A stretch of DNA of 64,000 nucleotides, taken from an uncultured virus (IMG/VR IMGVR_UViG_3300025154_000083) (taxonomy: Duplodnaviria; Heunggongvirae; Uroviricota; Caudoviricetes). Positions 46,502 to 55,065 of this stretch are shown here, piece by piece; position 1 is the first letter of the stretch; each line of letters starts with the position of its first letter. Below the pieces are notes generated by a model. It saw only the letters and a program-made list of their open reading frames with translations, made no database searches and was not told the origin of the DNA. The translations under genes were made by a program, and so were the position numbers. Where the stretch lies: positions 1 through 64,000 of IMG/VR virus record IMGVR_UViG_3300025154_000083. The stretch is one strand, 5' to 3'.

Positions 46502-46885
46502 TCACGACGCCACAATACCAATCTTCACGGCTGCACTCCGAACCAACGCCATATCTTCACCATAACCCCACAGATCCCCATCGCAATACCATTCCGGCCA
46601 CGGTCCAAAGCAATGGGCCGGTACCGGCTTTGCTTTTGTGATGAAGTCCCTAAAATGACAAACAAGAGCCTTGAGTGTGCCGCCATTTGTGAATCCTCTC
46701 CATCGGCTGAATGGGCAATGCGTGAAAATGCGCCGTTGTGAGTACGAATCCACAAACCAGACTCGCCCTCTAGCGTCCACCTCCATCTTGGACACTCGGT
46801 TTTCATGATAAAAAAACCGCCTGCCGTTGGAAGCGATTGCCTCCAATGCCTGATTGACCATATCCACCCGTTCATTTTTCGTCAT
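46502..46885 (-). CDS. Phage hypothetical protein, last gene of the cassette array
   Basis: MTKNERVDMVNQ...GRVWFVDSYS...WRGFTNGGTL...WGYG. RBS AGGAG just after R' GTTAGGC. Confidence 0.75.
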   Translation of the reverse strand: MTKNERVDMVNQALEAIASNGRRFFYHENRVSKMEVDARGRVWFVDSYSQRRIFTHCPFSRWRGFTNGGTLKALVCHFRDFITKAKPVPAHCFGPWPEWYCDGDLWGYGEDMALVRSAAVKIGIVAS

Positions 46886-46908
46886 TCTTCCAGCTCCTGT
46901 CCCAAGTG

Positions 46909-46998
46909 GCCTAACATTGGGGCTCAGGCGCGGCGGCCAAGGACTCTGAACCAACGTCTCGGGCTTCCTCCGCCGTCGCCTGCAGCCCTGGGTTATGC
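46909..46998 (-). mobile_element. attC: Integron attC site (90 bp)
   Basis: GCATAAC-CCAGG-GCTGCAGG...CCTGAGC-CCCAAT-GTTAGGC. Confidence 0.85.
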
Positions 46999-47120
46999 CA
47001 TAAATACACCCCCTCACCACCGCCACGCATGGGCCTAATAGCCCCGTGTCTCCCCGAGTGCCCTGGCTCCAACTCACAGGCCACGTGCGGGAACGTCTCG
47101 TTGACAGCTCCACACTTCAT
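46911..47120 (-). CDS. Cassette gene, 69 aa, translated through its attC
   Basis: RBS GGAGG. MKCGAVNETFPHVACELEPGHSGRH...; stop TAG lies in R'. Confidence 0.6.
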   Translation of the reverse strand: MKCGAVNETFPHVACELEPGHSGRHGAIRPMRGGGEGVYLWHNPGLQATAEEARDVGSESLAAAPEPQC

Positions 47121-47137
47121 CACCTCCCCCTTTCGCC

Positions 47138-47230
47138 GCATAACATTGGGGCTGAGCCGAGCGGGCCGTAGTACCACGGACTTCCGTAGCACCACGCGTG
47201 GCCCGCTTCGGCTCCAGCCCTGGGTTAGGC
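47138..47230 (-). mobile_element. attC: Integron attC site (93 bp)
   Basis: GCCTAAC-CCAGG-GCTGGAGC...GCTCAGC-CCCAAT-GTTATGC. Confidence 0.85.
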
Positions 47231-47233
47231 CAT

Positions 47234-47410
47234 TTACTCCGTGATATTAATCCCATCCGAAAACTCGAATTGCGACGGATATATGCCGTATTCTTTCCTG
47301 GCCGCCTCGTTCAAAGCTTTCATTGCCTCCGTATGCTCGCATCCAGTCTCATCTACTTCGAATTCCGCCTCGACCAAGAGATGGGCATAGCCCCACGCTT
47401 TCATTTTCAT
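47234..47410 (-). CDS. Cassette gene, 58 aa acidic protein (absent from ORF track)
   Basis: RBS GAGGAG. MKMKAWGYAHLLVEAEFEVDETGCEHTEAMKALNEAARKEYGIYPSQFEFSDGINITE. Confidence 0.65.
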   Translation of the reverse strand: MKMKAWGYAHLLVEAEFEVDETGCEHTEAMKALNEAARKEYGIYPSQFEFSDGINITE

Positions 47411-47431
47411 TCCGTCTCCTCGGGCCTCGCG

Positions 47432-47524
47432 GCCTAACGTGGCGATAACCCGCGCCGGCCTTAACGGGTTTCCGTAGCACGACTCACGCGCGTGGCCGGC
47501 GTCGGGTTCATTGCTGGGTTAGAC
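47432..47524 (-). mobile_element. attC: Integron attC site (93 bp)
   Basis: GTCTAAC-CCAGC-AATGAACC...GGTTATC-GCCAC-GTTAGGC. Confidence 0.9.
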
Positions 47525-47667
47525 CCCTTTGGCACCCAAGCGTTGGGTGCGGTTGTTCCGCACTTGCGGCACCTCAATGTGGTGCGCGTCACGATAACCT
47601 TTCCGCCGCAGGCGCAGCACGAGATACCTCTGTCGCCCGCCGGGAAACTCACTGTTACCATCACCAC
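47461..47667 (-). CDS. Cassette gene, small zinc-ribbon protein
   Basis: CCACGG...CRKCG with RBS GAGGAGG. The ORF runs into its attC. Confidence 0.6.
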   Translation of the reverse strand: MVMVTVSFPAGDRGISCCACGGKVIVTRTTLRCRKCGTTAPNAWVPKGSNPAMNPTPATRVSRATETR

Positions 47668-47676
47668 CTCCTCGCC

Positions 47677-47784
47677 GTCTAACGCTGCGCATCAGCGGCA
47701 CCGATCACGCGGGCCGAGGACTCGAAGAGACGCAACTGAATTGCCCCCGCGTGGTCGGTGTCCGGCTGCATGCGCTTGTTAGAT
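47677..47784 (-). mobile_element. attC: Integron attC site (108 bp)
   Basis: ATCTAAC-AAGCG-CATGCAGC...GCTGATG-CGCAGC-GTTAGAC. Confidence 0.9.
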
Positions 47785-48530
47785 GATTTGAATCCACGGT
47801 ACCATGCGTCCAGGTATGCTTTGGGTGTGGGCCAGCGAGTCTTGTCTTCGCCAGCCTTGTTCCAGAACCACCATGTGACCGCATGCTCAAAAACCCGATA
47901 ACATCCGGGCCACCTTTGCCTGTGCTGCTTCACCTTACCCATCCCGACCGAGACGATTAAAGGGCACACCATTCAGCCGATCCGGTCAAAGCCCTGGTCA
48001 TACAGTTCGCAAAATGGCAGGCCAAGACCTTCGATGAACTCCCAGACGTGCCATTCGTGCCACTCGAAAATGGGAGAATACTGCCATTTGCCGCGAAACC
48101 TTGAAATCCTCCCACGCTCTTTCCTCCCTGGAGACTCTTCGGCCCGTATGCCAACCAGTTTGTGTTTCAAGGGGATAGCTTTCGTTGGGTCTTTCTTTAG
48201 TACGTCGCAACACCAGCGCTTATTAAAAACGGGAGGAAACTTAGCTCTGATGCCTTCCCACATAGACATGACGGGACGGTAAATACGAGTATCAGGGTAT
48301 GTCTTGAGCCCGAACTTGATCGCCTCAGGTGGATCAATGCCGGTGAAGCTGTGGACCGGAAAGCATTTAACTCCAGCCATTTTCACCAACTCCATGAGCA
48401 CAACTGAGTCTTTGCCGAAACTATTGCAAACCATATACCCCTCAGATGGTTCATGAGCCTGCATAAAACCCACGGACTCAGCGACCACGTTTTGCAATGG
48501 TACTACCGACATTTGCTGTGCTCTTGGCAT
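47679..48530 (-). CDS. PAPS/APS-reductase-family protein, 283 aa if the UGA at 47973-47975 is recoded (candidate selenoprotein)
   Basis: SFGKDS PP-loop, WCCDVLKK, GIRAEES, then RIG*MVCP where the family has R.GC..CP. The two track ORFs abut in frame. Confidence 0.8.
47933..47963 (-). promoter_or_regulatory. Candidate bacterial SECIS element
   Basis: CCUUUA-A-UCGUCUC-GGUC-GGGAUGG-G-UAAGG. The GGUC loop begins 24 nt after the UGA. Confidence 0.65.
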
Positions 48531-48548
48531 TGACTTTACTCTCGCGCG

Positions 48549-48641
48549 GCCTAACTTTGGCGATAACCAGCGGGCACCCTAGCACCGCCGACTGCATAAA
48601 ACCAAGGCGTGGTACCCGTCTGGTTCATTACTGGGTTAGGC
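48549..48641 (-). mobile_element. attC: Integron attC site (93 bp)
   Basis: GCCTAAC-CCAGT-AATGAACC-AGACGGG...CCCGCT-GGTTATC-GCCAAA-GTTAGGC with two extrahelical bases. Confidence 0.9.
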
Positions 48642-48884
48642 TTCCGCAAACGCGAAAACCTTAATGGCCTTTCCGTCAAAATCAACCGTGACCGGGTTGA
48701 GCCCAAAGAGCCCCCCGCCGGCGTAATTGCATGGCCCGCCCGTTTTATCGAAAATCTGCTTATCAGAATTCATCGCTCGTCCCACACAGGAGAAAGCCGC
48801 TTCCCGGTCTGATGCCCCGGCATCCTTCCAATCCTTAACGCTGGCAACGTAGCCACAGGAGGGGCACACAAACTTCCAGCCCAT
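48636..48884 (-). CDS. Cassette gene, VVA0879-like Cys protein, probably N-terminally truncated
   Basis: WKFVCPSCG...FSCVGR...CNYAGGGLFGL. Stop in R''. No clear RBS, and an in-frame stop lies shortly upstream. Confidence 0.55.
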   Translation of the reverse strand: MGWKFVCPSCGYVASVKDWKDAGASDREAAFSCVGRAMNSDKQIFDKTGGPCNYAGGGLFGLNPVTVDFDGKAIKVFAFAEA

Positions 48885-48930
48885 TGGATCTTTCCCGAAT
48901 CGCTGGGTTGTCTACTCACCGAGCCCAACA

Positions 48931-49692
48931 TCACACTTCAATATGACGCCACGTCATACCAACAGCTATGTGAGAAAGATTGGATTTTTTCATATTAAAC
49001 ATCTTTTGTATAATCTTTCTATCAATATTGGCGTTAAGCAGTTTCTTTATGAGCCAAACTTCACCATCTTTCCATTTGGACTTGAAGTGACGCTCTCCAT
49101 AATCATCTGTTTTGTATTTAACTGGCGAAACTTCATCATAAGATATGTCAATGTCTCCCCACAACTCATCTCTTCCTATTCTAGCCGTATGATGAGGAGT
49201 TACTTTGAACATCTTGCCTATTAGTATTGACGGTATTCCAGAAAGCCATAGCTTCTTAATAAGCCACACTTCACCATCTTTTAGTTTACTCCTTCCGCTT
49301 TTCTCTCCACGCAGACCATGCTTTAACTCAGTTTTATATGAATGGATTACATTTTCTTGATGAGTTACCCATTCAAGATTAAAATCAAAATTGTTATTCT
49401 TATTTCCATCTTTATGATTAGCATTTTTGCCACTGGGTCGCTTGCATACAAATGCTTCCAAAACCAAAACATGAATTCTGCAACATTTTACCTTGCCATT
49501 CTGACACAGGGCAACTTGCAAATAGCCCCACTGGTTTGGACATGCAGAAAGTATTATTGGTAATTTCCTTTTTCTCGATCTCACCCTTCCAAAATTCGAT
49601 ACATCATAATCCTGGCACCACCACACTGGAATCCAGGTCTCTTTATTGACCTCTGAGCCTTCTTGCAAGATTTGTAAATCTATTGCTTGCAT
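48931..49692 (-). CDS. NUMOD4/HNH homing endonuclease
   Basis: YDVSNFGRVRS, IHVLVLEAF, NHKDGNK.NN...NLEWVTHQEN and a duplicated KDGEVWLIKKL. AT-rich. Confidence 0.9.
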   Translation of the reverse strand: MQAIDLQILQEGSEVNKETWIPVWWCQDYDVSNFGRVRSRKRKLPIILSACPNQWGYLQVALCQNGKVKCCRIHVLVLEAFVCKRPSGKNANHKDGNKNNNFDFNLEWVTHQENVIHSYKTELKHGLRGEKSGRSKLKDGEVWLIKKLWLSGIPSILIGKMFKVTPHHTARIGRDELWGDIDISYDEVSPVKYKTDDYGERHFKSKWKDGEVWLIKKLLNANIDRKIIQKMFNMKKSNLSHIAVGMTWRHIEV

Positions 49693-51919
49693 CTGTCGTC
49701 CTTATGCAAAGGTTTATTGCCTTTTGTTGGCCTACCAAGACAACATACCTTTTAGCACGAGTGATGGCAGTATACAAGAGATTTCTCCGGAGTTGAATAT
49801 AATTTGTGGTGTGTACCGGGATCACAACAACGGGAAATTCACTCCCTTGTGATCGGTGAACAGTAAGCGCATAAGCCATCTGTAGTTGCTCAAAATCCTT
49901 GGAAGCATACTCGACTTCCCGATCATCGATCATGACCACAACGGCACTCGCATCCCCTCCAAGCACAATCCCCATGTCCCCGTTGAACACCATCTTCTTG
50001 TAATCGTTCCTCGTCTGGATGACCCTATCCCCTGTCAAAAAAGGCGTCCCGCCTATAGCCACCCCTTCGACGTTGATCACGGGCCTCAATCGCCTATTCA
50101 GTTCTATCGTCCCGGCCGGCCCCTTCTTCATGGGACACAACACCTGGATATCCTTCAGGTCAAACCCATAGTGCGCGGAGAATTTCACGCACACCTTCTC
50201 TATCATGGGGGCGATGCCGTGCTTGTCCTCCTCGGTCACAAAGAAGAAATCCGAGTCGCCATCATTTTTGAGCTCAACCTTCTCGCCGCGATTGATTCGC
50301 TGAGCGTTCCGGTTGATGTAACTCTTCGCGGCCTGGCGATGAAGGGTGGTGAGATGCACTGTGGGGATTATCCACGATTCGATGATGTCTCCCAACACCC
50401 TCCCGGCACTCACCGACGGCAACTGGGCCGGGTCCCCAACGAGGATAAGCTGCGTCTTCTCCGGGTTGACCGCGGATAACAGGCTCGCCATGAGTTGCAC
50501 ATCCACCATGGAGGTCTCATCGATCACGAGCACGTCCACGTCGAGGGGGTTGTCCTGGTTGTGGCGGAATCCCACCTCGGGATGAAAGGCGAGCAGGCGG
50601 TGAATGGTCATGGCCGCACGACCGCCGGTTGCCTCGGACATGCGTTTGGCCGCCTTTCCCGTGGGGGCGGCCAGGGCAATATTCAAATCTCGACCCATGG
50701 CTCGGATGATGAAGTTGATCAAGTGGGTTTTGCCAACTCCGGGCCCACCCGCTAGAACCATGATTTTTGACGTCATGGCGAGGTCCAGGCCTCGAAGCTG
50801 GTCTTGGTCGAGGGAGTTGATTTCATCCGAGGAGAGCTCGCTTATCATGGCTGCATGGGGGGTTGAGACGAACTTTAGGAGGGACTGTGCCACGTCGATT
50901 TCAGCGGTCCACATTTCTGCCGTGTAGATGTAGGTGACGGGGGCGGGAGTGGTTGCATCGACTTTGCCTGCATCACCCTCGAAGGGAAGGGCTTCTTCCT
51001 TCAAGGCATCGCTCTTTTTCTGCGCCTCCATTCCCATCATTTCCCTCCCCGGCGTAAAATCCACCAGCTTCCCCGCGGCGATCATCTCGCTTAGCACCTC
51101 AACAACCTTCTCCTTCCCGGCCTCGAGGATCTCCACGGCGCGCTTGACCAGTTCCTCGAAGGGGAGACAGGTGTGCCCTTCTCTACCGGATGCTTCCTGC
51201 AGAACATACCTGATTCCGGCCGTCAGACGACGCCTGCTTTCCTTTTTTATCCCGGTGGACACGGCAATGGCGTCGGCTTTCTTGAAGCCTATCCCCCACA
51301 CATCGTCGGCCAGAAGGTACACGTTGGCCTCGATCTGCTTCTTGGCTTTCTCCTTGGTGCCGTAAGTGTCCATGAGGCGGTTCAGAAGGGAGGGCGTTAT
51401 CCCGTGGGTGCTGAAGTACACGTCAATCGTGCGATCCGACATGATGGAGATGTATTTCTCGTGGATCTCCTGGGCTCGGGCCGGGGTGATGCCATTGACC
51501 TCGGAGAGCTTCCCGGGAGAGTGCTCAATCACTTCGAAGAGGGCTGGGCCGAAGGCCTCCACGAGACGACGCGCAAGAGTAGGTCCGACCCAGCGCAGGC
51601 GGTCGAGGTAGTGGATGATTCCCATGGTATCCCTGGGAAGCTCGCGGGTGGCGTTGGAGAATTTGAATTGCCGGCCGTACCCCGTCTCTTCGTACTTCCC
51701 TTCCAGGGTTACGCAATCCCCGACCTCGAAGTCCAGCGGAAGAACACCGGTAGCCTTTTCTGGAATGCCACTGATCCGGATAATTCTCCAACCTCCCGTG
51801 AAGGGGCGGCTCATGTCCTTTATGGTCCCGGATATGGTTTCTACGGCGTTGATGGTGGTGGGAGCGGAAGATTGAGATGCGTTGCAAGGTGATGGCGTCT
51901 TCCTGGCCAGCTTAGACAT
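49643..51919 (-). CDS. recD2: RecD2-like SF1B helicase
   Basis: HhH repeats, GGPGVGKT, APTGKAA, IDETSM, VGDPAQLPSV, TVHRSQGSEF and LYTAITRA. Confidence 0.95.
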   Translation of the reverse strand: MSKLARKTPSPCNASQSSAPTTINAVETISGTIKDMSRPFTGGWRIIRISGIPEKATGVLPLDFEVGDCVTLEGKYEETGYGRQFKFSNATRELPRDTMGIIHYLDRLRWVGPTLARRLVEAFGPALFEVIEHSPGKLSEVNGITPARAQEIHEKYISIMSDRTIDVYFSTHGITPSLLNRLMDTYGTKEKAKKQIEANVYLLADDVWGIGFKKADAIAVSTGIKKESRRRLTAGIRYVLQEASGREGHTCLPFEELVKRAVEILEAGKEKVVEVLSEMIAAGKLVDFTPGREMMGMEAQKKSDALKEEALPFEGDAGKVDATTPAPVTYIYTAEMWTAEIDVAQSLLKFVSTPHAAMISELSSDEINSLDQDQLRGLDLAMTSKIMVLAGGPGVGKTHLINFIIRAMGRDLNIALAAPTGKAAKRMSEATGGRAAMTIHRLLAFHPEVGFRHNQDNPLDVDVLVIDETSMVDVQLMASLLSAVNPEKTQLILVGDPAQLPSVSAGRVLGDIIESWIIPTVHLTTLHRQAAKSYINRNAQRINRGEKVELKNDGDSDFFFVTEEDKHGIAPMIEKVCVKFSAHYGFDLKDIQVLCPMKKGPAGTIELNRRLRPVINVEGVAIGGTPFLTGDRVIQTRNDYKKMVFNGDMGIVLGGDASAVVVMIDDREVEYASKDFEQLQMAYALTVHRSQGSEFPVVVIPVHTTNYIQLRRNLLYTAITRAKRYVVLVGQQKAINLCIRTTDASNRFTNLARRLRGQ

Positions 51920-51932
51920 GACACTCTCCTCG

Positions 51933-52214
51933 CTATGCGATATCGTTCCGATCTATCTTCCCGGCATCGGCCAAGACTTCACCAATGGCTTTCACCATGG
52001 CGTGGTGGATTTTGAGGTCCAGGCCGCTTTCTTCGCCATGCCTGTCTATGGGCACCCACACGGCCATAGAATACATTGTTCCCTGTTTTGGTGAGCCGTC
52101 GCTATTGGTTCCGCTTGTTGCGCGGCTCATGCTCATGCTTCGCCATGAAGGACGTTTGTCAAGTTCTACTTCACGCCATTCTCCGGTTTCCTTGTCTTTC
52201 ACTCTTACTCCCAT
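51933..52214 (-). CDS. Hypothetical protein
   Basis: 93 aa with RBS AAGGA. Confidence 0.65.
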   Translation of the reverse strand: MGVRVKDKETGEWREVELDKRPSWRSMSMSRATSGTNSDGSPKQGTMYSMAVWVPIDRHGEESGLDLKIHHAMVKAIGEVLADAGKIDRNDIA

Positions 52215-52259
52215 GATATGATTCCTTACTTTTTTGGGATGTTGGGTATTGAAGTAATG

Positions 52260-52697
52260 TTAAACTAAAATCACTTCAAATTTGACCATTTTTATTCTCT
52301 CTCCGCACTCTTCCATTTCTGGAAAATCAGGATACTTCTTATGCAGAAATGTGCTTCGGTTACAATCGCATTCATAGTTTCCATCAGTGAACAGATACTC
52401 GGCCGAATCAGGTGGGTAGCCATAACCAAAATCATAATCCAGGCAGTATTCCTTGTCTTCATATTCGAAAACTATTTTGGCTATAGTCTTTTTGCGAACG
52501 TCCAAACCTTCATGTTCTGCAAAGGCAATGATTGCGCCACGCTCCCTTGCAAAATCATAAAGTCTTCGCTTGAATTCTTCGCGCTCTTGCTTGGTAGAGA
52601 ACCAGAAGTCCTGACCTTTTATTCCCAAGTCTCTTTCAATGAGGTCCTCATTCATTACTTCACCCCAAACGTGGAGCAGAAATTCATATTGAGCCAT
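52260..52697 (-). CDS. Hypothetical protein
   Basis: AT-rich gene with motif YLFTDGNYECDCNRS. Confidence 0.7.
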   Translation of the reverse strand: MAQYEFLLHVWGEVMNEDLIERDLGIKGQDFWFSTKQEREEFKRRLYDFARERGAIIAFAEHEGLDVRKKTIAKIVFEYEDKEYCLDYDFGYGYPPDSAEYLFTDGNYECDCNRSTFLHKKYPDFPEMEECGERIKMVKFEVILV

Positions 52698-52789
52698 AGC
52701 GAAACCCCCACTCTTAATGGAAAGCATGGTTGCCTTGAAGGGTGGAATCTGGAGGACCCTCCCCCCAAGGCTTGTGATTACACTTTTCG

Positions 52790-53932
52790 CTAAAACGGTG
52801 ACTTCTCTCCCGCTCCGCTTCCGGTTCCACCAGCAGCCCCACCCTTCTTGGCCTGGCCCGCGCTGGAATCCTTGGCGCCAGCATCCTTAACTTGGCTCGC
52901 GCTGGCCCCTCCAGCAGGCTTCATAAACTCGGGCTCTCCGGGCCTGCTTTCTGTGCCGCCAGCACCCTCGCCTGCTCCGCCATATCCTCCACCAGCGCCA
53001 CCTTCCCCGCCCATCCTGGCCGCGGTAGCTTCCGCAGCCTCTTCCGCCTCGAACGTAGTCTGAACGCTGGCATCCTTCAGGGACTCGACCGTCGGGATGA
53101 TGATCTCGTTCAGCAGCACCTCGTCAACCGGCTTCGGCATGGTGAACTTCGCGCGATAGTGCTTCTGAGGCTCGAGCCTTTTTTCCAGGGATATCTCGGT
53201 CTGGAACATGAAGAAGGGCTTGCGGCGGAGCATGACTCCCGAAATAAAACCCTTGGTGGGCTTGATGCTTACGCCGTGGAGCGTCAACCAAAATGGGATA
53301 GAGTCTTCCAGCCCGATGCAGAGGAGATTGTAGGACATGCCGCACGGAGGCTTGGTTTTCCCGTCCTCATCCCAGGCACCGAAGGGACAAACCTGCTTGG
53401 GGCGATTCCCAGGCCCCATTACGGCGCAGACCTTTGAAGGAGGAAGCGGATGGCGCGGATCGGGCTCCCAGTAGTTGTACGAGCGACAGAGCAAGTCACC
53501 GCCGTCTCCGGAAGCGAGCCATTCACTGTTCTTGCCGGTTTCGGAAATCAGGTCCTGTATGTAGGCGTTGACTTCGGGGGAGTTTTTGGAGCGGTCCTGC
53601 TGCGACCAGAAGCTACGGCCTTTGTCGGCCTTCACGATCACCACGTTCAGGGTTTCCACCTCTTCGCCGGTAAGGTTGCAAAGAAAGTTTCCTTCCGTGC
53701 CTGTCTTGCTGGTCGGCTGGATGACCCGGTATCGCGGGATTACCAGATCGGATGAATCGAAGGCCTCCCATCCGGTGTAGCCCTGGAGGCTTTCCGGGAT
53801 GGCTATGGTGCCGGCGTGGGAGTGGACGGCGGGGACTTGTGCCTGAGACTGCACTTGGGACTGGTCTTTGTCGGACATGATGTTTTCCTTTCCATGTTTA
53901 CGCTGTTCTCTGAGTTTTGCAAAATCAACCAT
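52790..53932 (-). CDS. Putative ssDNA-binding/recombination protein
   Basis: DLVIPRYRVIQPTS N-terminal motif and a disordered tail ending SPF, within the recombination cluster. Function inferred. Confidence 0.55.
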   Translation of the reverse strand: MVDFAKLREQRKHGKENIMSDKDQSQVQSQAQVPAVHSHAGTIAIPESLQGYTGWEAFDSSDLVIPRYRVIQPTSKTGTEGNFLCNLTGEEVETLNVVIVKADKGRSFWSQQDRSKNSPEVNAYIQDLISETGKNSEWLASGDGGDLLCRSYNYWEPDPRHPLPPSKVCAVMGPGNRPKQVCPFGAWDEDGKTKPPCGMSYNLLCIGLEDSIPFWLTLHGVSIKPTKGFISGVMLRRKPFFMFQTEISLEKRLEPQKHYRAKFTMPKPVDEVLLNEIIIPTVESLKDASVQTTFEAEEAAEATAARMGGEGGAGGGYGGAGEGAGGTESRPGEPEFMKPAGGASASQVKDAGAKDSSAGQAKKGGAAGGTGSGAGEKSPF

Positions 53933-53957
53933 AGCGCGGTCCTTTCAAAAAGATCGT

Positions 53958-54677
53958 TCAATCCACGATCCAGGGCTCCACCCTCCTGAAAAGCCCGGTC
54001 AGTAGATCGACATCCCACTTATTGTAAAGAAGGATATCTTCATACATTCCCTCAAGGTATGCCGGGTAAACCTTGCTCCCATCCCACCCAGTCGGTTTTG
54101 CTCCCACCCCGAAGTAGGCGCACCAGTATTCCATTTTCTTTAAGATGGGCTTGTTTGAAAAGGGAGTTTTCATTCCCAGGGAAAGCTCGACATCAACATG
54201 CGCCTTGTTTTCGAGGCGAGTGTCCACGAGCTTTTGGTACATGGACGGCTTGACTGCCGCGACGTCGAGCATCATGGAGCGCCGGTGCATGACCTGGCAA
54301 TCAAACGTTTTGCCATTGTAGGAAACAAGCGTGATCCCAGATTGCATAGCCTCGCGCATCCAGTCCCACGCCGCAATGAGGAGCTTCTTTTCTTCTTCCT
54401 CGTTCGTGGCAAAAAGCTCCAGGTACTCCTCGCTCTTCGAATCATACCCCACGAAAGAGCAGGGCCGGCAGAACTCGGGCTTGACCCCCAGGTCCTTCTT
54501 GGACTTCTCCCTGAACTTGTCGCGCTCGGCGTTGATCTTTTTTTGCGCAGCATCGGGTCCCCAATTGGCGGGGATGGCCACCTCTGCCGGGTCGAACACG
54601 GGGAGACATTCCTCGGGGATGTTATCCGCTGGAATCGTTTCCGCATCAAAACTGCGAATGTGCATGAGGTCTGACAT
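53958..54677 (-). CDS. DEDD 3'-5' exonuclease (PolB-like)
   Basis: ExoI FDAET, ExoII SYNGKTFD, ExoIII YNKWDV. Confidence 0.85.
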   Translation of the reverse strand: MSDLMHIRSFDAETIPADNIPEECLPVFDPAEVAIPANWGPDAAQKKINAERDKFREKSKKDLGVKPEFCRPCSFVGYDSKSEEYLELFATNEEEEKKLLIAAWDWMREAMQSGITLVSYNGKTFDCQVMHRRSMMLDVAAVKPSMYQKLVDTRLENKAHVDVELSLGMKTPFSNKPILKKMEYWCAYFGVGAKPTGWDGSKVYPAYLEGMYEDILLYNKWDVDLLTGLFRRVEPWIVD

Positions 54678-54682
54678 TTTGA

Positions 54683-55060
54683 TTATTCTCCTTTCTCGGA
54701 ATTCTTTTTCGTACCATCTTTCTCGCGCTCCAGCACGGCCCATCCCTGCTTTTCAAAAGTCAAAACATACCCGTCCAGGACGGTGATGATTTTATGCGGA
54801 TCAAGCTGAAATGTGATCTTCTTGTCTTCTCCGCCTGTCGCGCCCATCGCCGTGAAGCACGCACCAAAACCGGCACCGTATGCTTCATGTCGAGATGACT
54901 CCATGGCTGCGGCATGTTTTGACGTGAGGGTGGAAAGTTCCTCCTCGTGGTCCGCCATGATCATCCATGTGGAGAGACTCATCGACACAAAGAATGACAA
55001 CGCTGAAATCCAAAGCAAGTAAATCGGAACTGGACTCATGAAAAGCGTTTTTACTTTCAT
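54683..55060 (-). CDS. Membrane-anchored hypothetical protein
   Basis: N-terminal hydrophobic helix, RBS AAAGGAG. Confidence 0.65.
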   Translation of the reverse strand: MKVKTLFMSPVPIYLLWISALSFFVSMSLSTWMIMADHEEELSTLTSKHAAAMESSRHEAYGAGFGACFTAMGATGGEDKKITFQLDPHKIITVLDGYVLTFEKQGWAVLEREKDGTKKNSEKGE

Positions 55061-55065
55061 TGCGG

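Noticed and set aside
46909..48641. Palindromic elements as plain terminators or REP sequences
   Set aside because: They lack U-tracts and show RYYYAAC/GTTRRRY cores with attC spacing and bulges.
48931..49692. Group I intron interrupting recD2
   Set aside because: recD2 appears complete, with motif VI and its own stop; the HNH gene looks free-standing.
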